This document shows positions 32,192-47,745 of a stretch of 64,000 nucleotides of DNA, piece by piece. This stretch comes from the human T2T-CHM13v2.0 reference genome, Homo sapiens. The notes below the pieces were generated by a model, which was given only the letters and a program-made list of their open reading frames with translations, made no database searches and was not told the DNA's origin. The stretch's first letter is position 1. The number at the start of each line of letters is the position of its first letter. The position numbers and the translations under genes were made by a program. The DNA lies in NCBI RefSeq assembly GCF_009914755.1, contig NC_060925.1. One strand, 5' to 3'.

Positions 32192-32549
32192 TCCAGAAAA
32201 GACTGTTTTGAGACCTCTGACCTTTGGAATATTTAAATGATGGCTGAGATAGCTGTTTATGTGACTGCTGCTGATTTCATACAGGCAAGGACTGATGATT
32301 CTTTTTGCATTTATGTATCATTTTCTTTTCCCAGCCTTTCTTCAGTGTTCCAAACCTCATGTATAACAATGTAAAAGTGTAAATTAGCCACCAGATTTAA
32401 TTATAAAAATGAACTTAGCAGGAAAAAAACTCTTTGTGTTTATAGTTCTTTAGCATATATACTTCTGTTAATGACTTTTCCTTAGAAAATTAGACATGCT
32501 GATATATTTGCAGCTGCTCATATCAGCATATACATTTAGAATAGTAATA

Positions 32550-32696
32550 GGCTGGGGGCAGTGTCTCATGCCTGTAATCCCAACACTTTGCGAGGCTGAG
32601 ATGGGAAGATTGCTTGAGCCCAGAAGGTCAAGACTAGCCTGGTCAACATAGTAAGCGCCCATCTATATTAAAATTTTTTTTTTATTAAAAAAAAAG
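32550..32696 (+). mobile_element. Alu monomer (FLAM-like)
   Basis: Left arm only, followed by an A tail. Confidence 0.85.
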
Positions 32697-32948
32697 TCAA
32701 ATGGTAATGATTCATTGCTTTAAAACAGGTGTTTGTATATTTATATACTTCAGAAGAAAAATGTAAATATATTTACTGGGAAGAGTTAATTTGTACGTAG
32801 GTAGATGGCATGAAAGTATCATTCATCTCTATACTTTAATATGATAACTTGAATCTATAGTTTTCATCTTTTTAAATTTATGTCATATATATATTTACTT
32901 ATCTATATTCAATTTTTTAATGTTTGGGAATTCTCATTTTTTTAATTC

Positions 32949-33084
32949 TTTTTTTTTTTTTTTTTAAAGAGATGGGGTGTTGCTATGTTTACCAGGCTGG
33001 TCTTGAACTCCTGGCCTAAAGCAGTTTTCCCATCTTGGCCTCCCAAAGTGCTAGGATTACAGGCATGAGCCACCACGCCTGGCC
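32949..33084 (-). mobile_element. Alu monomer (FLAM_C-like) with 16-bp TSD aatgtttgggaattct
   Basis: TSD at 32919-32934 and 33085-33100. Confidence 0.9.
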
Positions 33085-34439
33085 AATGTTTGGGAATTCT
33101 TGATTTGATAAAATATAGTTCAATAGGGAAAAGAATTACTAATCATGGAAAAATTACAAAATACCAAGCATTCTGCTTTATGGCTTAACTTATGTTATTG
33201 CATTGACTTTTCATATATAGCTATAAACCATTTTACAAACCATGAAACTGAAGCTCAGAAAGGTTACATCATGATTTATGTATCTGTTTGCCCCTATTAA
33301 ATTATAAATTACTTTAAATTAGGGACCAATTATTAATTCATAGCAAAATGCACAAGGTCTAACACATATTAAATGTTAAGTAAATCTGTGTTTGTTGAAA
33401 ATTACACAACTAATAAGGAGCACAATGGGGCTCAACTTGGAACTTTACCTGAATTCAAAACCTGTGCCATTTATACTATTCCAAATTGTTACATCAGTTC
33501 TGTGATATCTATCCTTTCAATCTATCATATTTTATTTATCTCTTATGCTACTACATACTTACTGTCTCAATATTATTTTTGTACATCTATTATTTTCTTG
33601 TAAGATAGCCATTGGAAGTTCGGAAATATATCTTCATATTTATTTGCTTATTTAACCATTTTCGCTTTTATTCATTCAACAAATATTTATTTCACATCTG
33701 CTCTGTGCAAGGTCTTGTGCTAGGTGCTGGTAATATAGTGGTAAACAAGATAGATATTATCTTCATGGAAAACACATCTTTGTGTTCTCCAGGTATCTTA
33801 AGCTTAGTAATAGTATTAATGTTATCATAGTTAAAGTGAGCGGTCTGAAGTTCAACTGAGCACAAATCCCAGTGCATCTGTTTATTAGCTATGTGCAACT
33901 TAGTTACTTCCCACATATATTAGAATTTTGGGGAGCGTAGTCATAGATCAAACCTTGTGAAATTGCCATTTAAGTAGGTCTGAAAATGATTGAATATCAG
34001 AAACTGCAAATACTCAACTTAATATAATTAAAGCTTTTAGAACAATGTCTAGAACATAATATTAGCTATTATTATTTTTGAGGGAATATTTGAAAACCTT
34101 TTAGCTGCACTTAAAGAAATTTGGGCATATCATGAGGTTTCTAAAATTTGATAGTCTTTATAATCTAACCTTAAGTCATATATCAATTTCAGGTATCAGG
34201 TAGTAGTGATAGAAAAATATAATTTCTGATGCCTGTATAATAGCCCATGTGAAGTGAATTGCTTTTGTCTCAGATGAACCTTCATAAACATCCTAGTTAC
34301 TGCTCACTTTGGTAGAGTTAGTTCAGAAACTGACTCCTGAAAATCAAAAGCTAGAAAGATGGCTTTTAAAATTGTCAGTTATTACAAACAATTATGGCCA
34401 TTTGACTAAATTAATGAATTAGAAATCAAATTTAGATTG

Positions 34440-36050
34440 TTTCCTTATTGTTTTTTAAAATTAATTTTTAAAATATAATTCACATATCATAAATTTATCC
34501 CTTTAGATTGTATAATTCACTAGCTTTTAGTGTATTCACAAAGTTCCATAATCATTACGGCCATCTAATTCCAGAACTATTTTATCATCCGTGAAAGAAA
34601 CTATACACACTAATAGTCACTCCCCATTTCCCCTTCCTCCTATCCCCTGGCAACCACTAATCTACTTTCTGTGTTTGTGCCTGTTGTGGACATTTCATAT
34701 AAATGGAATCATACAGTATGTGGTCTTTTGTATCTGGCATCTATCATTTAGCATAATGTTTACAAAGTACTTTCCTACTGTAGCATGTATTAGTACTTCA
34801 TTTTTTTTGCTTGAAAAATATTCCAGTGTATGAATATACTACATTTAGTTTATGCATTAGTTAACGAAGATTGAATTGTTTCTAATTTGTGGCTTTTATG
34901 ACTACTGTTTCCATGAACATTTACATACACAGTTTGTATGGCTATGCTTTCATTTCTCTTCGGTGTATATACCTAGAGTTTATAATTGTCGTATGTTGTT
35001 GCTGCTGCTTCTGTTTGTTTAGTGATTTTCCTGATCTGATTCTGTAAAATCTGTATTCTTTTTTATATATGGCTACTGAAATCTCTCTTTGGTTTGCTTA
35101 ATGATCAGCTAGTGATTAGATAACAATTTCCTTAAATGCCCTGATCTAATAAGTCTCCCATCCTTTGCTAATGGGCTTTGTGTGATATTGGGGTATATCC
35201 TTAGTGCTCCAACAGGCAGTTGTAACTCTGCCTTAGCCTTCACTTCCTGCTTGTGCAGAGCCTCAAAATCTGCCAGTGGTGAGAAATTATGGCCCTTTCA
35301 ATTTTTTCTCAGGCAAACACACAACTCTGCATTTGTTTCTGGCCTTTCTGAGTCCCAGAAATATATCAGAGCTTTCCAAAGACCCCTCTGGAAATTGTGT
35401 TTCCTAATTTTTCCTTTTAAGTGTTTTGGTCAGCTTTTCCTTTACCCAGCTTTCACTGCTGCTTCAGGCAGTTGCGATGTTAGACAGTTGCCATTGATTT
35501 TTGTTTTTTCTTTTTTAACAAATGCCCTGGGGAGAAGGCTGTTTGCAGGAGTAAGCTCTGAGTCAGGTCACATAAAAACCAGGCTTGTGAGTGGAGGTTT
35601 CCAGAGAACTGCTAGACATGTAAAATAATGACAGTTCTCTCATGGTAAGATTTTTGGGGAGCTCTAAACTATTCTGCTCCTCTATTCTCCCCACCTCAAT
35701 GCCCCAGTGATTGTTAAGCTCCTGTTTTCTCAGCTCTGTGATTATGAGGCTGTTGGTTTTCAAGGCTGCCCAGGAGCTGGACAAAGGGAAGCGGACTTAG
35801 GGCAACTTAAAAAGCCACAAATCTCACCTTTCTTATTGAGATTCAGCCATTTTTCTTGAATAAACAGTCTTCAGATTGTTGCAAGCCTTTGGTTAATTTC
35901 CAGGGTTCTGAAAAAATTGATTTTCACAGTTTTTGGTTAATTTCCGGTGTTCTGAAAAAGTTGATTTTCACAGTTTTTGCTGGTATTTTATTGTTTTATG
36001 GAATAATAGATTTTTTGAGTTTATTTTGAAAGTGCTTAACTTTTCTATTT
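34440..36050 (-). mobile_element. Old L1 (L1MB/L1M) fragments
   Basis: Antisense L1 3' end motifs (cccctggcaaccactaatctactttctgt; tggacatttcatataaatggaatcatacag), then more diverged L1-like sequence. Confidence 0.65.
35888..35979. repeat. 44-bp tandem duplication
   Basis: ggttaatttcc...ttgattttcacagttttt at 35891 and 35935. Confidence 0.93.
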
Positions 36051-36105
36051 GTCATTGATATTTAAAAAATATTAGACATGTAACATAATTTTTTGCCTTC
36101 TTTTA

Positions 36106-36297
<192 letters not shown>

Positions 36298-36483
36298 TTA
36301 TTTTTATTGCTGAACATTAATAGGTGCTTAATATTATTATATAGCCAATAAACACATGAATGAATTATTTTTTGTGTCCATACTTTGTCTATTTATCATA
36401 TATGCAGCATTTATTGAGCATTTACTCTACTAGGTAGTAGGGTAGAGCTAAATAAGGTATGGTCACTATTTCAAGAAGTTGTC

Positions 36484-36784
<301 letters not shown>

Positions 36785-36857
36785 TTACTGGGCAAGATTA
36801 AGAAAAAAATCAACAACTAAAAGAATGTATTGTGATAGAAAAGTCTAGTAGCTGTAG

Positions 36858-37248
<391 letters not shown>

Positions 37249-38035
37249 CATCATTTTTATCTTTTCAATTCATTTTCTATACCACAAACAAAATGATCTT
37301 TACAGAATGATAACTAGGTTATGCTACCCTGTCTCTTTAAAATCCTTCAATGATTTTCATCAACCACCAGTTCAAATCATGAGATTTCCTTTTTATGGCC
37401 TACAATTCTTAGAAATATCTGATTTCATTTGGTACTCCATCTCATAACTCATTCTTCTTTCATGATGTTGAGCTCATTCCAGTTCCTAGAGCACAGCATA
37501 ACTCTTTCTTGTCTCATGGTCTTTGCACATATTGTTTCTTTTGCTGGGAATATCTGTTCTGCAACTCTTTGCATAGCTGACTTCAGATCATTCTAGTGTC
37601 AGCTTAAATATTACTCAGAGTGGCTTCCCTGATCACCTGCCTCTCATTCTAAATTATATACTCTCATTTTACTCTATGCAATTTCTCTTGCAATCTTTAT
37701 CACAGGATTTGCATATTTGTATATTTGTAACTATATTTTATGTATATTTGTTTAATCTCTGTGCAGCTAAAATATAATCTTTGGGAGGAATGGTTCTTTT
37801 TGTCCATAGTATGTCCTCAGTAAATATTCAAAAATAAATTAATCAGTGAATAGAAGACATTCAGTCAGAATATATCTTCATCTGAACTTAGGGGATGCCC
37901 AGTTCTACCAGGTAATAATGCCTAAACAATCTCGAAGGAGTAGTTTGTGTTAGATGAAAATGGTTTGGTATTCTAGGATAACAATAGTAACATCAAGCGC
38001 AAAGGCCCAGAAGTGTGAGAAAATAAGGCTTAGGA

Positions 38036-38665
38036 GAGCAGTTCTCAGACTTTTTGATTTTAAAATCTTGTAACTCTTAAAAATTATTGAGGACCTCAAG
38101 GGGGATTTTTTAAAATGTAGGCTATTATCTATCAATATTTACTACATTAGAATTAAAACTGAGAAATTAAGAAAATATGTAATTTACTTAAAAATAACTA
38201 TGTTAAATAATACATCTTTCATGAAAAATAACCATATTTTCCAAAAAAAATTGTGAGAAGAATTACTTTATATCAAAGACAGCTAGGTTCTCATACCTTC
38301 TTCATTCAATCTGTTGCACTATTTTGTATTAGCTGAAGTGTGGTTTTCATACCTTCTTCATTCAGTCTGTTGCATTATTTTGTATTAGTTGAAGTGTGTA
38401 AAGAAGGTCTGACCTCACTCAGATAAGTGGTTGGAAAAGAAAAAAAGCATATTTATTATTATTAACACCAACTTTATCAGAAAGTCTTTAAGTATTGAGA
38501 AGCTGTTAAACTCACACAAATAATACAAAATTTGAAATTTTTGCTTGAAAGCTTGAATTTTATCATTGGCAACAAATATTGCTGGTTGTTTTCCTTAAAG
38601 CGATGGGCTTGCGTTTTTCGTTTTTGAGAAAATGTTGTCCAAATGCCAAGTCTTAATAACCATAG
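38036..38665. mobile_element. hAT-Charlie (Charlie1-like) DNA transposon fragment
   Basis: ttctcagactttttg...actcttaaaaattattgaggacc...tatctatcaatatttact...aaaactgagaaa. Confidence 0.7.
38286..38398. repeat. 56-bp tandem duplication inside the Charlie element
   Basis: ggtt.tcataccttcttcattca.tctgttgca.tattttgtattag.tgaagtgtg at 38286 and 38342. Confidence 0.93.
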
Positions 38666-38716
38666 TTATTCAAGGGTGGTGGGTAATTAACTTGCTCAGG
38701 ATCACATAGCTAGTAA

Positions 38717-39406
<690 letters not shown>

Positions 39407-40233
39407 TGAGCTCCTGAGTTGAGCATTAAGCCCAACTTTTTCTAGTAATATGCTATGCACATTAAAAACAAAACAAATAACCTCTATAAGGATGAAAAGT
39501 GGTTGATACTGGGAACCAACATATTTTGAATTATAGAAGTGTTCTTGGTCAAGAAAAAAGTAATCAACTAGAAATCATCTGAGAAAATAGCTTACCAGTT
39601 TCAGCATGCATCATAGCAATGAAAAATCATGAGTGTCTTCAAAGATAGTATGTTTTTACTTTCTCTTTTTTTTTTTAGGGAGGTTATTTTTCTTTTCTCT
39701 TTTTTTTAGGTGACAGAGGCAGGTGGCTGTAATAGCTAGTGGTTGATACAAATTATATCATCAGGACATATTTATTCAGTCAATAAACACTTTTCTCCAA
39801 GTTGTGATATTCTCTTTTATTTGGCTAGTGCTTTTAATACTTAGAGTACATTTTCCTTACTCTCAGCCCACAGTTTGCTTTTCTTAAAAATTAGTGCTCA
39901 ATTTCATTTGAGTTCTATTTGAATATATGTGTGGGGAGGGGCATTTTTTCTTTTCAGATATGCCTTTCACTCTTGTTCTTTTCTTGAGGATTGTGAACTT
40001 TTAAAGGAAGAAGAAAAATGTGCAAACTTACCACATAAATATGCATTTGACGTGTTCAAATAAATCAGTCATTTTCATTTTATTATTTGTACATGAAATG
40101 AATATTTTCTTAAAATCATTTAAAAAACAGATCTCTCTGTTTTGGAGCAGTCTTATTTAGTTAAAAAAGAGACGTTAACATTTTTAAAATTCTGTACTGA
40201 AACATTTTGAAATTAGTACCACAGATGTTTTGA

Positions 40234-40566
<333 letters not shown>

Positions 40567-40959
40567 CCTCTTTGTTCCTTCTACTCCATAATCATCCATG
40601 AACATGTTCAGGCAGAGACTGGACAACCAAATTAGAATTGATGTTTTAGAGTTGATGCTTATCTAGAGTGAAAGCTGGACCCTATGTAATCTCTGGGTTC
40701 TCTTTAAGTTTTTCCTTTATCTTTCACTTTTTTCTTCAGTACCCCAAATTTATTCAAGTAGCTTTTCCTTTAAATCTTAATTGCCATACAGTACTGCTTA
40801 GTGGGGATTAAATAAATACTAAAGTGAACTACCAGTAATATAAAAAAATTATTCGTATTCCTTTCCTACCTCACCCCTATTAATTATTTGTTTTGACTTT
40901 TTTTGCATAAAAAGGTAGATATTTTGTAGTTTATTATTTTTATTGATTTTTCACTTTAG

Positions 40960-41106
<147 letters not shown>

Positions 41107-41834
41107 TGAGCTCTGAGAAGATAAAACTTGGCACTAGTTGACCAGATGTTAAAATCATCTCGAAGACATCCGGTGGGTAGGTCCTGCACTGGTTTTTAAG
41201 CAATCTAGACTTAACCAAAATGTAAGTGAAGTGAAAAGGATGAAAGACATGTTGAATACCTCTTACCTGGCATCTTTCCACAAGAAGTATCTCCGTGGCG
41301 TAAAAGAATCATTTGAAGTGTTGGCCGTGGAGCACAAGTAAGGAACAACAGGGAAGCAGGTTTTACTTTTCAAAATTAACTGACTTGTCAGATTCTTTGT
41401 CATATTTCTCCATTCATATTTTATTAGTTAGTATTATAGTGTCTAAACTTTCTCCTTCATCACCTTTCCTCATCCTGGGTGGCCAGGGCGACCAAATAGG
41501 TCTCCATTGGGATTTGGGTTGGATTTAGGTACCCATGGCAATCAAGGAGCCAAAGGCGTCAGGGAAAATTGTCATGTCCAAGAACTTAGTGTGTGCCAAG
41601 AATTAAACTTGGGTAAACCAAATCTGATTATTCATTTCAGAGGCCCAAGTGGGATAAAACCAGAATAAACTAAGGGTCAGGTGCTGGATGGAACAAGAAT
41701 GGAACGGAGTTTAGAGTTAGGGAAGTTGTTTTAAACGAAGCATTTAAATTTTACTCTTGAACTACCATCAACTATGTATGGTAGTGTTTATATGGATCCC
41801 AGACCTGTTTCATCGAAATTACATGTTGTTGTTA

Positions 41835-41930
41835 TTAAAACGCAGATCCCTGGGAACCACTCCAGACCTATTAAATCAGAATTTCTGGAGATTGGTCCTG
41901 GGAATCGTAGAAAATGCAGTTTTAACAAGA
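41835..41930. mobile_element. MER5-like hAT MITE fragment
   Basis: aaaacgcagatccctggg..cactccagacctattaaatcagaatttctgg...ttttaacaag. Confidence 0.65.
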
Positions 41931-42342
41931 TTTCTCTCACTTTGCCCTCCACCTCCCCAAGGCAATATATGATGGTGACTTTTGTTTTTACCTTAGTGAT
42001 TTTTTTTGTTGATATGCTAGAAGAAAATAAGTTGTCAAGGATATGCTTTCTTCACATGCAGAGATATCAGTTTGATTCCAATATCAATGCCGATTACTCC
42101 AATTTGAGCAGGACTTAGGGGCCACATTTTGACTGTGTGCAAGTCTTGTGATTGGTAGCGATGTTTGTTATGATTGTTGGAAGGAAGAAGACTGTGTTTC
42201 TACAACACAGAAACATGACATTCATTATTAAGTTGCCCTTGCTCAGATGTGTTTACTTAATATTCTGAATATCATAAATTCATAGGAAGGGCTTGGGCAT
42301 ATATACTTTCCATATAAATTGCTCTTCTTTGGTCCATTTCAG

Positions 42343-42581
42343 ATGAAGTAGTGGAGCAGAGATCTGGTTCCTCAACACCTCAGCGTTCCTGTTCTGCTGC
42401 TGGCTTACACAGACCAAGATCAAGTTTTGATTCCACAACTGCAGAGAGCCATTCACTTTCTGGCTCTCTCACTGGCTCTTTGACCGGAAGCACATTGTCT
42501 TCAGTTTCACCTCGCCTGGGCAGTCACACCATGGATTTTTTTGAAATGTGTGCCAGTCTGATTACTACTTTAGCCCGTTGA
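42343..42581 (+). CDS. PRKAA2: PRKAA2 exon 9 coding part (ST loop with T485/S491, C-terminal helix/NES, stop TGA)
   Basis: ccatttcag|ATGAAG; translates DEVVEQRSGSSTPQRSCSAAG...DFFEMCASLITTLAR*; 239 nt. Confidence 0.98.
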
Positions 42582-43750
42582 TCTGTCTCTAGTTTCTTTC
42601 TGTTATTGCACTATGAAAATCAGTTATATTCTTTAAATTTTTATCTTACTTTTGGATAATATCCACTGCAATACTAATTGAGAAACATGAATTATTTCCA
42701 GGGGCACACAATGCTATTGAAATTACTGAAAACAAAATATCTGACATCTTATTTACTTGTAGAAATCTGTAATTCTATTGTGCCTATGATAAATTCACAT
42801 AGGCAATATCTTTAATAGGTTAATATCAATGAAGATTTTTAATTACAATAATGAGTTCACTACAGACGATTAACACACCACACTGGCGAACCATCTCAAT
42901 GTAAGGGTGGTTTGGCAACACCTCCTTGCTTTGCTGTTTGGTGTAGGTAAATCTAGTTTACTTCCTAAATTTCAGTAGGCTTTATGCTGTGTTTATGCCC
43001 CCAATTTATTTTAACAAAAGAAGATTAAAAAGTAAAAGAACCACGAGTAAGATATTATTTAAATGTTGAAATCTTAAAAACCTGCCTCCAAGATTTCAGA
43101 AGCCAAGTTTTTCTAACAGTATTTGTACAAATACTGCCTAGTGTATTCAACAGAAGGACTGTGGTCATGTAACAGGTAACCACAATTTTCAGGTTTCTTA
43201 AAAACAGCTGTAACTAACTCAGGATTTTTATCTTGAGATTTCCCTGAATAATATATTTATCTTAAGAGCCTTCAAGTTTCAAATTAATATTGGAACATCT
43301 GGAATTGCAACAACTTTTGTCTTTTACATAAACTTACGTCATTTAAAAAATGTCTTCAAAATCTACCTTTCTCAAATTCTTTTTGCCTCTATTTATTTTT
43401 GCATTTCACCAACAGTGATAAAATAGTTAAATGAAACAAAGCAAAGTATCAACAGTCCCTTAAATGAGAATCCTTATCTTTGATCTTTATTTTCTGTGTT
43501 AGGTGTTAGGGTCCTGGTGCAGCTCATAATGCTAATTCTTCATTGGAAGCCACTCCCTTCACCTCACCTCACCTAGTCACTATTGTCTTTGTTCATTGTT
43601 TGATCCTGAGTGGTTGATTGATATAGCTTTGAATCTTTTCTAGTCCAAGTTTGAAAACACTGTTCTGGCCCTAAGGGCTGGCTATGACCTTTACTGTTGA
43701 ACCTGATAGGGCAGGGAAGCTTTGAACATCAAGAAAAAATTTTTATCTTA

Positions 43751-43760
43751 AATAAATAAA
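43751..43760 (+). terminator. Candidate proximal poly(A) signal (overlapping AATAAA pair)
   Basis: aataaataaa followed about 40 nt later by tttttttgtttgtttgttttg (GU-rich downstream element). Confidence 0.5.
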
Positions 43761-44334
43761 TATATATATTCACACACCAGTGCTTTTAAGCAAAAACCAG
43801 TTTTTTTGTTTGTTTGTTTTGCTTTGTGCAGGTTTTCTTTAAGATTAAAAAAACACAAACTATAGCAGGGTAGATAATAGTTTATTGATTATATTTTGTT
43901 TTAGTAAAAGTATTTAATTTTAAATTCTGTGTAATTTATCTAATTTGTATTTATTCATTTGTTATTTTTATGTTGTAATTAACACTTATTTACCTGGATT
44001 ACCCTAAAAAAATTAAGCTCTTGAAAACAAAAAAATGACATTACCTTGACAGGCTTCTCTTTGCCAAAAGTAATGTATGTTCTGCCAAGAAGCAAATGAG
44101 AATGTTAGACTAAGTTTCTCCTGTGTTAGTGGAAAACAAGTGTGTCTATCTTTAAATATTCTTTGAATCAGGAGTTTGCGTTGTGTCACATCATATGGCT
44201 TTGCAGATCTTTTAAAAACTGATGTTAAATAACTTATAAGTCCAACTTCTTAATATCAAGATAAATGAATAGTTCACCAATTTGGGAAGGAGGGCGGGTT
44301 GCAATTTGAGATAGTTTAAGGTTTAATTATTGAA

Positions 44335-44354
44335 AGACTGCCATCTTGTGGCAC
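44335..44354 (-). promoter_or_regulatory. Candidate CTCF motif overlapping a YY1 core (GTGCCACAAGATGGCAGTC)
   Basis: Matches CCASYAGRKGGCRS at 13 of 14 positions; contains AAGATGGC. Motif match only. Confidence 0.45.
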
Positions 44355-47300
44355 CAAAAGGTAATTTTTACATGATTATTTGTATAGTGATAAGCAGTCC
44401 TGCTGTGTTAGCCTGGTCCATTATAGATATGGCATAGTTTTGGGTTCTCTAAATGGGTCCATACCTCTTTTGGGAAAAAACAGGGCCACCTCATAATATT
44501 TGCCTGATTATGAATGGAATTACCTTAGAAATAAGGAACTAATCAGATTACTTAACCCCAATGACAAAATCCACAAAAATTTTGAAGGCAGAGAAACAGA
44601 AGGAATCCAGTGATGTTTTAGCTCCATTAGTCTAATAGGTCAGATATTAAAAAATTGTTCATATCAAAATTACCTTATATGGATTATTGCCATGTTTTTT
44701 GAGAGTTAATTATTTACTGTTTTCTAATTCTTGCCAGTATTTATGAACAGCTGTAGCTTGATATTTACCTACTGAATTTTAGGAGAACTAATGGTCACAG
44801 TTTGGGTTCTTTTATGTGTATGTTTTTAAAACAGCTATTTTGTGAATCTAGGTGGTTGGTTTTTAGAAGATTTCAGGAGATGCAGTCCAGCACAATTAGA
44901 GCTGGAACATTGTTACAGCAGGCTTTTTGTTGCTCATGGGCAGATAGAGGGAAAGAATCAGTTGTTAGCCCCAAATTTCCACATTTCAGTGTTGTAAACT
45001 CTGAATGTGATAGGTAGATGTGGGCTAAGAATAATTTCCTCCAGTGAAGACACGGGAGAAGAGCTTCTATTATGAGGTTATAGATAAGGCCTTAGTTATA
45101 TCATGGAAATGGACTCCATGTAGTTCTAGAACTGCATTTCCCAAAGTATATCCTGTGAGATGCTCCACAGAAAAAATGATTGCATGGACTAAGTTTGAAA
45201 AATGTTGCATGCTACTCTTCCCCTCGAAGATGACAGTGGATGTCAGCATTAAAGACTTTGACAGGTCTTTCTGTGAAAAAAAGAAAGCCACATAACTTTG
45301 TTGAACTTTGCCCAAATTAATTTTTCATTTTAAAAAACTTAATAGCCCATGAAAAGCAAATTTGGGAAATACATTTTTTAGGAAAATACTGTCCCAGAAT
45401 GCCATAATTAGGGTAGTTAATAATTAACACTTCCATTTCTCTTACTGGTTGTTGGGAGAATCTGATTGAAAATTAGAATTACTTTGTTTTAACTTGCAGA
45501 CATGTTCATCGTGAGTGAATGCTGGATTAAATAGAATTTTCTGTGTCTGCAACTTGTTTCATGACACCTTGGTTTTCTTAATCATCTTGTATTATTATTT
45601 GAGTGCAACATTATTCTTATGCATGGGTGACTGAAAAACCTGAAACAAGATTACTTGTTAAAAAAAAGTCTAAGAGACTAATGACTCATGCTTATGGCTC
45701 AGTGGGTAATGAATCAGTGTCACTGATTCTTACTTTTAAAATGTGTAGTCAGTGAACATTTTCTAAATACTTTTCTTTGGGATACCATATGAAGATCTAA
45801 TTCCTTATGTTTCAGTGTAGGAACAGCTACCTTCTCAAATAGAATATGCAGGGAGGGAAGTAGGCAAACCATTTACAAGTTGGGTTTTTGTTTTGATTAA
45901 CCTGTTAAGAGACACTTTTGTAATCTCTAGTGTTTACATTCCTTTATACTAGCTATCTATAAAGAGAATCCAGAAGGCTAAATTAATCAGAAATAATTAT
46001 ATTTCTATGTCAGGGTATTGGCTATATGTAGCATGAACAATTCTCCATTTTCTGCAAATGGGTTTTTCAGGACAGTTTTATAATTCTGAGTTTGCTTTTT
46101 CTTATTCCCTAGACAGTTTGTACTCAGGGAATACAAATTGATTTTTACTGTTAAATGAGACATAGTTTAGAAAAAATCATAAGCAACTATTGTAGATTTT
46201 TGATCTGTTTGGATTTATCTGTAGCATTGAATAATGTGCAGTGTACTGAGTTAATGTAGGCACCTCACTTTGGATTTATAAAATGTAAAAACCTGGAACA
46301 TGCCTGCCACAGACACCACTTTGTCTATTCACCGGGTACTAATTTACATCCTATTAATGGTTGTAAAAGCTGAGTGTCTAAATGCTAGACATGTTCACAA
46401 TTTTGTCTGTTTTTGTTTATTTGTTTTTAAGACCCAAACCTTTTCAATCTTGCATTTATTTACTTGGTTCTCCTGTGTCACCCTGTGGCTTTTTAAATAG
46501 GGAATGTAATTTATTTTAATAGTAGTTCTCAAAGACTCTATTAAAAACTCTGGACGAGGGATATGTGCAATCTGTTGGTAAGTCACATCCTATGTTTGGC
46601 CTCATTTTTATAACTCCTAAAATGAGAAAGGTAGATTTTAACACTTCTAAGGTACCTTTGAGCTTTAAAGTTCTTTTCTGCTTTTCCATATGATTTGTGT
46701 TAGTGTTCACTTTTTATATATTTAGAGTTTTTATATGAGTGTGAATGTTTCTGTTTTGATTTGGTGAGGCATGTCAGAGGTATATACTTGAATATTTTTC
46801 TAAATACAGCTGCTGGAGGAATGCAAATGGCAAAAATCATCCAGAAAACCAAACACGGTGAAACATCACATCCATTTGGCATGAAGCAAAGCATTACAAA
46901 TTTGGAGTGATGAAAGTGTTCCATATATTTTTTATAGTGATTTTTCGATCTAGAGACCCTTCATATTGTTTACTTACTATTACGATAACTTTGAGAGGTA
47001 ACCAGAGAAAGCATTTTTGCCATTTCCAGATGAGGAAGCAGGACCAGAAAGCTCTTCATAAAGCTTTAACACCATACAAGTATCCAGCAGTGATCAATTG
47101 CTCTTTATAGGAAACCACCTTTCCTCTGGGGAAGAACAGTCTGAATTAATAAAACATCAGAGTGGTTGAGTAGTAAAAATAAACACAGATGTATTGCTTT
47201 CAAGTCTTAGAGTGACATAAAGTAGTCTTAAATAAATAGTTCTTAGTTTATTTTAAGCAGTTGATTGTACTAACGAGATGTAATTATCTGAAGTATTTAT

Positions 47301-47406
47301 GATTAGCATATTGGTTTTTATAAGTATTTCTGAGTTATTGAGGGTGCTTAAAAATGCTGAAGAAACTTTAAAACATGATTCTTCTTATAATTTTATGTGA
47401 TTCTTA

Positions 47407-47745
<339 letters not shown>

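Noticed and set aside
35182-35628. 148-aa ORF in intron 6
   Set aside because: Lies in diverged L1-like sequence; no recognisable domain.
41201-41221. Possible 21-nt stop-containing microexon in intron 8 (tttttaag|CAATCTAG...AAAAT|gtaagt)
   Set aside because: Weak acceptor and poor exonic donor context; such motif pairs are common by chance and nothing else supports it.
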